This document shows, one piece after another, positions 26,010-36,103 of a DNA stretch of 64,000 bases. A program made the position numbers and the translations under genes. Under the pieces are notes generated by a model. The model saw nothing but the letters and a program-made list of their open reading frames with translations. It searched no databases and was not told the origin of the DNA. Source of the DNA: a virus (lineage: Duplodnaviria > Caudoviricetes); IMG/VR virus record IMGVR_UViG_3300011268_000751, positions 1 through 64,000 of that record; one strand, written 5' to 3'. The first letter of the stretch is position 1. Every line of letters starts with the position of its first letter.

Positions 26010-27497
26010 TTATACTATTCTTCCGCAGAGTAAAATTCCTCTTGTTACACCATCAGTATTATATGATCCATCAATTACAGTATAAACTTCTGTTGGACTA
26101 ATTGTTACAGTATCAAACTGAGCGATAAATGCGTTTGATTGTGGATAATAGAAGTCAATTAAAACTATATCATCTGGCAAATAATACGGACATGGAACAT
26201 AAGTTGCAGAAATTGGAAGTCCCTTTATAACAGCATTAAAATCAAGACTTGGCGTAGTTCCATCAAAAGTAGAACTTCTATAGTAAATTCTTTGCCCTAA
26301 AGTAGATGATGGTGGGTTGTTAGTTCCTCCCATATCATTAGTATATGCATAATCTTGATATGATCCATTTCTAGATGGATAAACACATGAATGATATCCA
26401 GTCCAAGGTCTTAAGTGTTGACTTCTCCAGTATGCAGACTCAGCACCTCTTCTGGAATGAGACATTTTATAATCAGAAGTGTTAATGGCACCACCATAAA
26501 CTCCAAATCTTAATGATGGAGAATCTGTGCTTCCATTAGTATAAATTGGAGAATTATATGCACCTGTTCTAGCATTTGCTCTACTAACTAGAGTAAATCC
26601 CTCCATCCAAACTTTTTCAAGATCAAAAAATGCAGAGGTATAATTATGTAAGAAAAACGTTTGATATGTTTGATTAGGTAAAGTTGAAGATGCAAGAGTT
26701 GGTTGTTTGAAAGAGAAAATACAAAAATCAGGATCCAATCCAGATCTAAAGCAATTTAGTTGAAGTGGATAACTCTGATCTCCATTTGAATAACCAACTG
26801 AAGCGGTTTTCAATTGACCCGAAGTAATTAATTCATTTCCCCCTGATAATGGATCATTCCATCTTCCATCAAATCCAGGCTCTCCAGCCCATCTCCTGTG
26901 ATATGGGTGATATTTTGCAGCAGATCCTATCTCTAAGGTTGATGTGCTTGAAACTCTAAAAAACCAATAAGTTTCACCATATGCCTTATTATTATCTTGA
27001 ACTGTCCTCAATACTCCCCATGGGGATGTGTTTGCAAAATCCTTATCGAAGAAAGTTTCAGTTGTTCCATAAGAAACTGGATTTCCAAATCCATCCCTAA
27101 CAGTCGCTATAGTTATACTTAAATTAGATGCTCCATTAACTGCACCACCAATATTTTCTGCTGATATAATTACAGTTTCACCATTAGAATAATTTCTTCC
27201 TGGGCGATTTACTACTACAGATGTTACAGTGTCTGTTGCTCCACTACGAATAACGCGGAATGATGCTCCAGTTCCAATACCAGATGTGGTATTTTGAGTT
27301 CTATCATACCATGTAGTGTCTCCACCATTATATGTTCCACCTCCATTATATGTTGAAACATTTTGAACCAAACCTGTCAATGGTTCCGCATGAAGTTCAG
27401 CCCATGAAAAGGCATCTTCTAAACTTTCAATTACATTAGTCTTACTCCATCCAGGAAGACCATTATTTACATATACTGAAGATGTGCTAATTGTCAT
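26010..27497 (-). CDS. tail fibre-associated structural protein (paralog of 39979..41016)
   Basis: Shared N-terminus and C-terminal LPDD...Q.D....S..E...I...N...L..R.V; contains a VTSVVVNRPGRNYSNGE repeat. Confidence 0.75.
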   Translation of the reverse strand: MTISTSSVYVNNGLPGWSKTNVIESLEDAFSWAELHAEPLTGLVQNVSTYNGGGTYNGGDTTWYDRTQNTTSGIGTGASFRVIRSGATDTVTSVVVNRPGRNYSNGETVIISAENIGGAVNGASNLSITIATVRDGFGNPVSYGTTETFFDKDFANTSPWGVLRTVQDNNKAYGETYWFFRVSSTSTLEIGSAAKYHPYHRRWAGEPGFDGRWNDPLSGGNELITSGQLKTASVGYSNGDQSYPLQLNCFRSGLDPDFCIFSFKQPTLASSTLPNQTYQTFFLHNYTSAFFDLEKVWMEGFTLVSRANARTGAYNSPIYTNGSTDSPSLRFGVYGGAINTSDYKMSHSRRGAESAYWRSQHLRPWTGYHSCVYPSRNGSYQDYAYTNDMGGTNNPPSSTLGQRIYYRSSTFDGTTPSLDFNAVIKGLPISATYVPCPYYLPDDIVLIDFYYPQSNAFIAQFDTVTISPTEVYTVIDGSYNTDGVTRGILLCGRIV

Positions 27498-27502
27498 TTA
27501 TC

Positions 27503-28189
27503 TTAAGCCTCCATTCTTAAAATTGTTAGTGAAACTATTAAATCTGTAGTAAATCCACATAAATTTGTGGCTGCTGCATAAATTGTTGTTGTAGGTGGAT
27601 CATCAAAATTTCCACCTATAGAGTAAGGACTAAAAATTTGCCTAAAGGGGTATTCTCTAGTAACTGCTTCTGCTATTATTCCAGATCCTGGAACAGGATC
27701 TTCATTTAAACTCCTGTTAGAAATATCATAATTTCTAGAAACACTATCAGTATATATGCGAACCCATGCAGATGAGGATGTTTCTATCTTCATCAATGCA
27801 AAAGATTTAAATCCTTCAAATTCATAAAATTCAGTGTCAAGATGTTCTACATTATTTATTTTTTGACTGACAGTTGTTCTTGATGATAAACCTACAGGTA
27901 AGTTATCAATGTTTATCGTCTTAGCACTTAAAATACCAACAGTAACTGTTCCATCAAAAAAACTATCACCAATAACATGAAATTGATATTGTGGCAGTTC
28001 TGTCCCTATACCAACATAATCTAAAGTATGAATTCCTACTACATCTTTTCCCCAAAAAGAATCACGATTTATTCCACCATATGAGTATCCAACCCATGCT
28101 TCACCATTCCAGACATACGTGTTATCTGTTATTGGATCTGTAAATAGTTCTAATGGGTCTGGATTATTTGGAAAATTAATTGCTGCCAC
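27503..28189 (-). CDS. short tail fibre-like protein
   Basis: N-terminal NFP..P....F.DP....Y.WNG.AW anchor; GIHT/GIGT hinge; C-terminal domain shared with 41018..43024; GTG start. Confidence 0.8.
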   Translation of the reverse strand: MAAINFPNNPDPLELFTDPITDNTYVWNGEAWVGYSYGGINRDSFWGKDVVGIHTLDYVGIGTELPQYQFHVIGDSFFDGTVTVGILSAKTINIDNLPVGLSSRTTVSQKINNVEHLDTEFYEFEGFKSFALMKIETSSSAWVRIYTDSVSRNYDISNRSLNEDPVPGSGIIAEAVTREYPFRQIFSPYSIGGNFDDPPTTTIYAAATNLCGFTTDLIVSLTILRMEA

Positions 28190-28211
28190 AATAATCTTAT
28201 ATTCTTTTTAA

Positions 28212-28218
28212 TATTTAT
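28212..28218 (-). promoter_or_regulatory. T4-type late promoter (ATAAATA) overlapping a stop codon
   Basis: Motif about 23 nt upstream of the 28189 start. Confidence 0.6.
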
Positions 28219-30515
28219 TGTGGAACTAATATAGTAGAAATGGTGTAGTAATTTGTAGATGGAATTATATATTGGGAATATACTGATATCTTATTAAAAT
28301 ATGTTTCAGTTTGATATGTTGACAAATAAGATCTTTGAATTACTGACGTGCTTAAATCAGTTATAATTGGATTTGATCCGGAAACAACGTAACGATCTAA
28401 ATCATTTTCATAAGTTCCAATTGCAAATTTTTCCTTTTGTATCATAGCGAGTGTATATCCATTTAATCCAACCTGATTAAGTAAGAAAGTTATTCTATTT
28501 CTATTTTTCGATACTGTAAAAGATTTTTGTTTTCTAAGAGATAATCCAATCTCATCTATAAATGGAAATTCTCTATATCTAAGTCTTCTGAATGAATTTA
28601 CTGTTTGGTCTGTATTTAAAGTCAAAACTCCAGGTCTTTCATTAAGAATAGTGTCGCAACGTCCAGCAATATAAATTAAATCATCATTATCAATTGCCAT
28701 ATTGACACCAGACTCTGTTGTATCATTAGCATCATACCTGTTAATCCATAATATATTTCCAGAAGGATCAAACTTTGCAACCGTGTAGTCAAAGGAACTT
28801 TCTGGTAATCCTAATTTTCCAATAATACCATAAATGTTATTTTCAGTATCAATTGCTATTTCAGAAATAAAAATAAATTCATTCAAACTTACATTTAGAT
28901 TATAAATTAAAGGCCATCCTGTTTCTAAATCTCCAGTATTTGCATTGATCTTGTATAAGCATGGACCTGCACCATCAGTTGTAAAACTTCCACCAGAAGC
29001 ATAAAGAAATTGTTGATTTGAAGTTAATGATAAAGATGTTATTTGCAATCCAGCAGAAGTTGCTGCCTGTAGGATCGGTGCTTGAGATGCATAAAGTGAT
29101 TTCTTCCACAATATTGTCCCATTTGGTGAAAGTTTGATAATAAATCCGTAATTATTTCCTACGCCAACATTAGAACCTTGACTTGAAGTTGCACTGCCGC
29201 TCACATAAATGTTATTAAATCTATCAGTAATAATAGATTTAATATCACTTGGTGCAAGAGTAGAAAAATTAGAGATATATGGATCTGAGTTTAAATAATA
29301 CTCATTCGTCCATCTAATTTCTCCCTTATCACCATTTAATTTTGTTAGAAAGAAAGAAAATCTTCTACTGCTATTAATGTATTCTGTTCTTTCTACTCTT
29401 CCACCCCAAAAGTAAAAAGTTATGTTTGGTTGACTACTGAATATTTGCAATCCTCTAGAATTACTCGTTGCATCTGCAGTATAAGTAATTTTTTGCCATT
29501 CAGTTGTCAGTGTGTAAGTTGAAGTATTACCATCAGTAATTCCAAAGGTTATAACTTCTCCACCAACTGCACCCCTGACATAAATCGAAAGAGTGTAGTT
29601 GACTCCACTTACAACTGTATTTGTAGTATTCCAGTATCTTCCCCACGCAGTTGATGCATTGCATGTAGTATTACTATTTCTAATAACTCTTGTTGCTGTA
29701 AATGTTCCATTTGGTGCAGCAACTGCAGTTGTATTTGCAGTGATACTAGAAGAACTTCCACAATAATTCGCCCATGAGCTTCCATTTAGATTATCCGAAT
29801 ACAAAACGGTAGCATTATCTCTTATTGAACGAAAGGCAACTAAAACATCATCGTTACTATCAATTGCTAAAGGTATTTCATCATGAGTAAATGTGGTTAA
29901 TTCAAATAAAATATTAAATGTTTCTCCAACAGTAATTACTCGATTATTAATATCACTAACTAATCTTGGGGCATCATATAATGTCTTGTTAATACCCTGC
30001 TTATAATAAGTTGTAGAGTCTGTTTCTGTGCGATCAAATGCCAGTTTATAAATTCTAGTTGGATCATTATTAATAATAATCCAAAATATAGTTCCATTTA
30101 CACCATTTAAAAGAGATAATGATGGTGAAAAACTTTCATAAGTTGTTTTATGAAACCAAAAAGTTATGTATGATAATGAGTTTACATCTATTGTAACATT
30201 ACCCGATTGGGGTTCAACCTGAGCGCGAGAACCAAAACGATAGACATCAGTTGAGAATGTTGTTCCTAATTCATATTCCCAAAGTTTTTGACATTTTTTA
30301 TTAAACTTGGTAATTAAAGGCTTCCCTAAAGTTGTTCCAGTTGTTTGATTTGAACTTACAATAACATTATAATTTGAGTCTTCTACTAAACATGATCTAC
30401 TTAATGTAGTAGAAGTTAAAGATGTTCCGTATCTAGAAAAAACCTGCCTTGTTATATTTTGATCTCTTGGTCTGGAATTAAATCCATTTCTATTATGAGT
30501 ATGAAATGCTGGCAT
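28215..30515 (-). CDS. beta-propeller receptor-binding/structural protein with inserted carbohydrate-binding-like domain
   Basis: IAIDSxxNIY and KLxPxGxILW blades; insert LYSD...YTLSIYVRG...LTTEWQK...FWGGRVE. Confidence 0.7.
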   Translation of the reverse strand: MPAFHTHNRNGFNSRPRDQNITRQVFSRYGTSLTSTTLSRSCLVEDSNYNVIVSSNQTTGTTLGKPLITKFNKKCQKLWEYELGTTFSTDVYRFGSRAQVEPQSGNVTIDVNSLSYITFWFHKTTYESFSPSLSLLNGVNGTIFWIIINNDPTRIYKLAFDRTETDSTTYYKQGINKTLYDAPRLVSDINNRVITVGETFNILFELTTFTHDEIPLAIDSNDDVLVAFRSIRDNATVLYSDNLNGSSWANYCGSSSSITANTTAVAAPNGTFTATRVIRNSNTTCNASTAWGRYWNTTNTVVSGVNYTLSIYVRGAVGGEVITFGITDGNTSTYTLTTEWQKITYTADATSNSRGLQIFSSQPNITFYFWGGRVERTEYINSSRRFSFFLTKLNGDKGEIRWTNEYYLNSDPYISNFSTLAPSDIKSIITDRFNNIYVSGSATSSQGSNVGVGNNYGFIIKLSPNGTILWKKSLYASQAPILQAATSAGLQITSLSLTSNQQFLYASGGSFTTDGAGPCLYKINANTGDLETGWPLIYNLNVSLNEFIFISEIAIDTENNIYGIIGKLGLPESSFDYTVAKFDPSGNILWINRYDANDTTESGVNMAIDNDDLIYIAGRCDTILNERPGVLTLNTDQTVNSFRRLRYREFPFIDEIGLSLRKQKSFTVSKNRNRITFLLNQVGLNGYTLAMIQKEKFAIGTYENDLDRYVVSGSNPIITDLSTSVIQRSYLSTYQTETYFNKISVYSQYIIPSTNYYTISTILVPQ

Positions 30516-30517
30516 AA

Positions 30518-31240
30518 TTATCTATAGTCACCATTTACAAGACCTAATACGGTATAATTTGCCGTGCTACTTGCAGATCCTACAGTATTAAATGCTGTAA
30601 AATTAAATATATCGATGCAATTTGTATTCCCCAAACCAACTATTCCTTCAGGCCACTTTATAGAACTAATTACACCATTTAATTTAACTCTATTGCATGT
30701 TCTGGCAATACCTGTTTGCTGCACTATAACTGAAAAAGTTAATATATTATTATCGAAAGAAGCATCGGTTGGAATACCGACAACCTCAAGAACTATATCT
30801 CCAGTTGGATTGGAACAAAATCCAACATTTCCATCACCTTGACGGTAATTAATTCTAACCAGATTTCCAATTCCCCTGGTTAATTTCTCTGCTGTTGATT
30901 TTACTCTAAGTTCACTAGTATTTAAAAATCCATTAACAGTAGTAATTCCAGTTATCGATGCATTATTATTGATATGTAATGAAGTTGCGGTAATTAATCC
31001 TGAAACTCTAGTAGTTCCAACTACATCTAACTCATAAAATGGATTAACTTTATTAATACCAACTTTACTTGTGGTATTAATACCAGTTAAATCATAGTCC
31101 CATATCTGGGTTCCTTGATATAGAATTCCTCCAGGACTAGTTCCAGTCCATGCCGATCCGTTCCACAAATATGTTATATCAGAAATTGGATCTACAAATA
31201 TTTGATCTGGGAAAGGTGCATTTGGAAAATTAGAAGCCAT
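30518..31240 (-). CDS. short tail fibre-like protein
   Basis: Same N-terminal anchor as 27503..28189; C-terminal ILTFSVIVQQ...IKWPEG...DIFNFTAF beta-sandwich. Confidence 0.8.
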   Translation of the reverse strand: MASNFPNAPFPDQIFVDPISDITYLWNGSAWTGTSPGGILYQGTQIWDYDLTGINTTSKVGINKVNPFYELDVVGTTRVSGLITATSLHINNNASITGITTVNGFLNTSELRVKSTAEKLTRGIGNLVRINYRQGDGNVGFCSNPTGDIVLEVVGIPTDASFDNNILTFSVIVQQTGIARTCNRVKLNGVISSIKWPEGIVGLGNTNCIDIFNFTAFNTVGSASSTANYTVLGLVNGDYR

Positions 31241-31242
31241 AA

Positions 31243-34200
31243 TTATACAAGAGTAGTTGTGAGATTTCCAGAGTCATCAACGACTAAACGATATGCAGTC
31301 CCGTTTGGTGAGGTTAGAATAATACCCTGAGAAGTATTAATACCAACCTTCACATCTCCGCCAACATGTAGTTTTGTTGTTGGATTTGTTGTTCCAATAC
31401 CAACATTAAAGTTTTCATCACCAACTAACCAATACTTACTTGGATTAGCATCAGTTCTCACACCAATTGCTAATTGGAAATCTTTGTAAGGATCTGGAGA
31501 GTCAAACTCATAGGCGGAGCCAGTTCCAAGACCAATAATAATTTTTCTAGATGCTGCATCAGAAATTCCACTATAAGATCCTAAGAAAATATTATCTCTT
31601 CCAATAGTGTTAGCTTTTCCTGAAAATTTTCCAAAGAATAAATTATAACTTCCTTGATTACTTTCTCCGGATTGCGCTCCTAAGAAAATATTATTATATC
31701 CTTCAGTGCTAGCATATCCTGAAGCTCTACCAATAAAAACATTATCAGATCCATTCGTATTATAATATCCAGCACCACATCCTAAAAAGACGTTGTTGCA
31801 ACCAGTAAGGTTATTATATCCACTAAATCTGCCAAAGAAACTATTATAACTTCCAGTTAAATTATAAGCACCAGAACATTCTCCTAAGAAATTATTAGAA
31901 TATCCACTAGTATTTTTAGCTCCAGCATAATAACCTATGAAGGTATTATAATCTCCAGTGGCACAACGCCCCGCATATTGCCCGATAAAAATATTATAAT
32001 CTGAATCATAATTGTTGGCAGCCGCATACCCTCCAGCATATCCACCAATAAACACATGTCCGTATCCACCATATGATCCACCAAATCCTCCTGCACCAGC
32101 ACCGATCATAACAGAAGAAGAGGTTCCCGTAGTCCATGCACCAGCTCTGCATCCTATGAAAGTGTTACATTCTCCCCAACTATTCGCATATCCCGCACAT
32201 GAACCAAAGAATATATTGTAATTTCCACCAACATAATACCCAGCAAATGCTCCAATATAATTGTTATGAGTGCCTCCATATGAATAACTTCCTGCCCTAT
32301 ATCCTATAAAATTATTATATTCATATGTGCCCCAATCTCCAGTATTTGATGGACCAGCATATGATCCTATAAAAGTATTATATTTTGCAAAACGATCAGG
32401 ATGACTATTATCTTCTGGTTTTGAATAAAATCCTGCCGAATATCCAATAGCAATAGTATGCAACCCCTCATCATTTCCACCAAATTCAATATTACCGACT
32501 ATCAGTTTAGATAACTTAGTAGTTCCTTCAATATTTAAACTAAACAATTCTCTCTTATCTGATTTAAAATGGGGATAGTTTTCATATTGGATAAAACCAC
32601 TTCCAAAGTAATTAGTTGTTGATGGTGTCGTAAAATTAACCGAAGATGTTGTAAAACCTGCAGGTCCAACAGTAGAACCAATGCCGACGTTACTAATTGT
32701 ATTATGGAAAGCACTAAGATTGCTAATAAATTCTGTAGGAGATTGTGGAATTATGTATTTACCGTTTCTAACTGGAATTAATTCTTCAACAGAATACCCA
32801 CCATATACTCCTATAGAATCTCCATTCGCATCTAGATTTGCAACTATAAATGAAAGTGTATCACTACTTTGCTTTTGAATCCAACTGACATAACTGTCAA
32901 TTTCTCTTCTAAAGTTCTCATATTGATTAGATCCATCATCAAAAATATCTTTAGTTTTGTCTGGAGTTGCAACATCTACAACAAATCTTATTTCATTACC
33001 TTTTACTTCTACTTTTGATGCTACTGCAGACTGAATTGTATTCTCAATACTACGATATTCCTTCCCAATATTAGGAACACTTAAAAATCTCTTCCACATT
33101 AAGTCACCGGAAGAATTTAATTTTATAACATCATAACCATAAGTATGTCTACTGTTTAAGTTAGAATTTGCTGCTATAAGATAAATGTTTCCACTTGAAT
33201 CAAAAGTAATCGAATTGGGATATCCATTAAAACGCTCATTACCTGAAGTAGTGGTATTAATTCTCTTCGTCCATTGCCTTACATAACTAGAATTATATTT
33301 TTCTACAAGATAACCATGTCCCAATCCACCAGAAAATTGCGAAATTCTAATTCTAGTGAAGAAATATATATTTCCACTACTATCAATATTGTTTAACGTA
33401 TTTTTTTCATTTTCATTAAATCCTGTATAATTAAACCATCTGTCTGTAACAATATTTGCATCAGTATCTAATTTTAAAACTCTTATTCTTTGACCTGAAC
33501 TAGTAACTCTTCCAGTCCAATATAAATCTGATCCTCTTATTGTAAATTGTGTTGGTCCTGTGGTATTATATAAAAATTTAGTATATTGTATAGCACCTGA
33601 AGAATTTAATTTTAAAATATAAGGTTTATTTGATGGATACCCTGCATATCCTGAGGCATATATATTTCCACTTGAATCCGTTTCTATGAAGAATTTTCTT
33701 AATCCCAGATTAGAGTCATTAGGTTTTCTCAGAGTATAATCTTTTTCATGATCGATATTATCAATTGTAGTTTGCCAAACTATATTACCTGAAGAATTAA
33801 TTCTAATGAATGAAAGACTAGTTGATCCTAATCCTACATTAGCATCATAGTATGATCTTACTGCAACTACAACCTCACCATTAGAAGCACTAGAAATACC
33901 ACAGGCTTCAGAATATCTTGAATAATCGGAATTAGATGATTCTAGAATGTAATTCCACTCCAATTCTTTAGAAGAATTTATTTTGACTATAAAAGGTTTT
34001 GATACTCTACTTTCAGATTCCCCATATGCTCCTGTAGTATAATAATCCTCACAAAATGCACCAACAACATAAGTGTTATTATCCCCATCAGTGGTAAAAT
34101 CATAATGAACTGCGGAATATGTTCCAATTCCTCCCCAAATTTCAACATCAAAATTTCCATAAGTTACGATATAGTTGGTAGTATTTGCAATTCCCGGACT

Positions 34201-34437
34201 ACTAATATTCAATACTGAATTTACTACTGTAGTCCCAAATCCTACATTACTTAAAGTATGAATACCAGCAGAAGTTCTTACAAAATCTGATGTGCCGCTG
34301 CCACCACCAGAAGGTAAATTTGTAAGACTTGATCCATCCCCAACAAATTTAGTTGCGGTAATAATTCCAGATCCGGAATCAATTGTAATATTACCTACTT
34401 GCAGACCGTTCTTAACTCTAAAATTTTGATTAGTCAA
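31243..34437 (-). CDS. tail fibre with beta-propeller and YadA-like repeats
   Basis: N-terminal QNFRVKNGL; DSSGNIY propeller blades; NxFxGxxAG repeats; C-terminal ILTSPNGTAYRLVVDDSGNL. Confidence 0.85.
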   Translation of the reverse strand: MTNQNFRVKNGLQVGNITIDSGSGIITATKFVGDGSSLTNLPSGGGSGTSDFVRTSAGIHTLSNVGFGTTVVNSVLNISSPGIANTTNYIVTYGNFDVEIWGGIGTYSAVHYDFTTDGDNNTYVVGAFCEDYYTTGAYGESESRVSKPFIVKINSSKELEWNYILESSNSDYSRYSEACGISSASNGEVVVAVRSYYDANVGLGSTSLSFIRINSSGNIVWQTTIDNIDHEKDYTLRKPNDSNLGLRKFFIETDSSGNIYASGYAGYPSNKPYILKLNSSGAIQYTKFLYNTTGPTQFTIRGSDLYWTGRVTSSGQRIRVLKLDTDANIVTDRWFNYTGFNENEKNTLNNIDSSGNIYFFTRIRISQFSGGLGHGYLVEKYNSSYVRQWTKRINTTTSGNERFNGYPNSITFDSSGNIYLIAANSNLNSRHTYGYDVIKLNSSGDLMWKRFLSVPNIGKEYRSIENTIQSAVASKVEVKGNEIRFVVDVATPDKTKDIFDDGSNQYENFRREIDSYVSWIQKQSSDTLSFIVANLDANGDSIGVYGGYSVEELIPVRNGKYIIPQSPTEFISNLSAFHNTISNVGIGSTVGPAGFTTSSVNFTTPSTTNYFGSGFIQYENYPHFKSDKRELFSLNIEGTTKLSKLIVGNIEFGGNDEGLHTIAIGYSAGFYSKPEDNSHPDRFAKYNTFIGSYAGPSNTGDWGTYEYNNFIGYRAGSYSYGGTHNNYIGAFAGYYVGGNYNIFFGSCAGYANSWGECNTFIGCRAGAWTTGTSSSVMIGAGAGGFGGSYGGYGHVFIGGYAGGYAAANNYDSDYNIFIGQYAGRCATGDYNTFIGYYAGAKNTSGYSNNFLGECSGAYNLTGSYNSFFGRFSGYNNLTGCNNVFLGCGAGYYNTNGSDNVFIGRASGYASTEGYNNIFLGAQSGESNQGSYNLFFGKFSGKANTIGRDNIFLGSYSGISDAASRKIIIGLGTGSAYEFDSPDPYKDFQLAIGVRTDANPSKYWLVGDENFNVGIGTTNPTTKLHVGGDVKVGINTSQGIILTSPNGTAYRLVVDDSGNLTTTLV

Positions 34438-34469
34438 GGTTCCAACAATCCCCTTACTACCTTTTCAGA

Positions 34470-34477
34470 TATTTATA
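34470..34477 (-). promoter_or_regulatory. T4-type late promoter TATAAATA
   Basis: Exact consensus immediately after the terminator, upstream of the 34437 start. Confidence 0.8.
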
Positions 34478-34502
34478 AAAAAACCTCCCGTCTGGGAGGT
34501 TT
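34477..34502 (-). terminator. rho-independent terminator
   Basis: Minus strand AAACCTCCC-AGAC-GGGAGGTTT followed by a U-tract, just after the glycosyltransferase stop. Confidence 0.85.
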
Positions 34503-34505
34503 ACT

Positions 34506-35408
34506 TTAAATCTTTTCAATTGCTTCTATGATCTTATCAATGTCAAAAATGTCTTCTCTTTCATTGAATGGATACTCATGTTCCACTCCCATGAAATCAA
34601 AGTCAAATAAGTAACTTCCGGGAAGTTTGAAATTATGAGGTTTAACAGTCTCAATATTTGTATGAATATCGTGTCCGAAGACCTTAGGACTTGTGCCGTT
34701 CCATAGCACCACGGAGGGCAGTTCAAGCGCCGCTGCGGCATGTTGAAGGCAACTATCGATCAGAACTCTCTTATCACTGTGAAGAACGATACTCAGGAAC
34801 TCCATAGTTGATAATTGAGTATCCTGATCCCATAGAACTGGAGTTGCATTTACCAGTTTAGGAGAATTCTTTTTAGTGCATTGGTAGATGGTATATTTTT
34901 TGTGATACTTATCTACAATCTGCTGTGCCACATCAAATGGCATATCTCGCGCCCACATATAAGGCTTGGCATCAGGTGTAATTAAACCACCATTGGTATG
35001 AAGAACCATGACTGGTTTATTTTTCACCCAGACATCTTTTGAGATGTTTTTCTGAAGTGCATTGAAAACAACTTCAGGTTTCTCTCCATTATATTCTAAC
35101 TGATACATCTTGCACCAAGTTTGAATTAATGGCAGTTTTTTATGAATGTGATCTGTTGTAAAATAAGGCTCATTGTGAAAAATTAATGAGTCTGTATTCT
35201 CAATATAATTTTGATAGAAATAACTGGTATTTCCTAGTTGATAGACTCGATCAACAAAATCTAGGTTGATAAAAATATCTTGATAGACGCAAACTACAAT
35301 GAGTTTTCTATCAGGATGATTGTTTTTGATACATCTTGCAACTGCTGTTGCTGCAATATGTTTTCCCAACCCACCTTGAACGTGAAAAATACTATATTTT
35401 TGCGACAT
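34506..35408 (-). CDS. GT-B glycosyltransferase, GT9 (heptosyltransferase)-like
   Basis: N-terminal GGLGKHI; C-terminal LIDSCLQHAAAALELPSVVLW resembling the GT9 DSGxxHxAxA motif. Confidence 0.75.
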   Translation of the reverse strand: MSQKYSIFHVQGGLGKHIAATAVARCIKNNHPDRKLIVVCVYQDIFINLDFVDRVYQLGNTSYFYQNYIENTDSLIFHNEPYFTTDHIHKKLPLIQTWCKMYQLEYNGEKPEVVFNALQKNISKDVWVKNKPVMVLHTNGGLITPDAKPYMWARDMPFDVAQQIVDKYHKKYTIYQCTKKNSPKLVNATPVLWDQDTQLSTMEFLSIVLHSDKRVLIDSCLQHAAAALELPSVVLWNGTSPKVFGHDIHTNIETVKPHNFKLPGSYLFDFDFMGVEHEYPFNEREDIFDIDKIIEAIEKI

Positions 35409-35409
35409 A

Positions 35410-35823
35410 TTATACGGATGCCAAATATTGAGTTGCTTGTTCTACAGTTTGCTCTAAACTAGTTAAATCTTGATTTTGCTCTAAAACTGCCGCATCTTGA
35501 AGAACTGATTGAATATACTTTATTCCACGATCAATTTTTCTTTTTGATAAAGAATCGTTGGAATTTGATGAAATTAAATCCTCAATTTCTTTTTGTGTTA
35601 TTGAAGAAGCTTCTATTCTCTTAAGTGCTACATTATTTTTTCTAATTTCAGACTCTACAGAATCTACAATATTTAAATCTTGCAATTTATTTTCTAAATC
35701 TGAAACTACATTTTCATAACGAGTTAGTTCTTCTGGACTAAGAGTGTTTATGTTAACTCTACCTAATCTGTTTAACATGTTTTGTGTTTTATTTTTAAGA
35801 TTTCTAGTGTTTATTCTTTCCAT
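35410..35823 (-). CDS. hypothetical alpha-helical protein
   Basis: Coiled-coil-like ORF; ATG at 35823 just after the upstream stop. Confidence 0.7.
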   Translation of the reverse strand: MERINTRNLKNKTQNMLNRLGRVNINTLSPEELTRYENVVSDLENKLQDLNIVDSVESEIRKNNVALKRIEASSITQKEIEDLISSNSNDSLSKRKIDRGIKYIQSVLQDAAVLEQNQDLTSLEQTVEQATQYLASV

Positions 35824-35828
35824 TAATC

Positions 35829-36092
35829 TCAAACCTGTGCTACGAAATCAGTTCCCAAAGTTACTGCTTCTTGAAATCCCACAAGACGATCTGATCCAGA
35901 ATTTGCAATATCATCTTTTCCGAGCATGAGTGCTAAGTGATCTACGTTTCTCTGGATAGTTGCTTCAGAATTTTCATCATGATTTCCAGCAGCAACTAGT
36001 TCACGAATAAGATTTTCGCTATGTCCCATTGCCTCGATGTGACGTGCCGTTTGCTGTTCTGGTGTTAGTTCTTCTCTATGTTTGAGTGGCAT
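35829..36092 (-). CDS. small helical protein of a type often seen beside tail fibre genes
   Basis: AMGHSENLI...IQRNVDHLALML pattern. Confidence 0.7.
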   Translation of the reverse strand: MPLKHREELTPEQQTARHIEAMGHSENLIRELVAAGNHDENSEATIQRNVDHLALMLGKDDIANSGSDRLVGFQEAVTLGTDFVAQV

Positions 36093-36103
36093 TTTAAGTC
36101 TCC

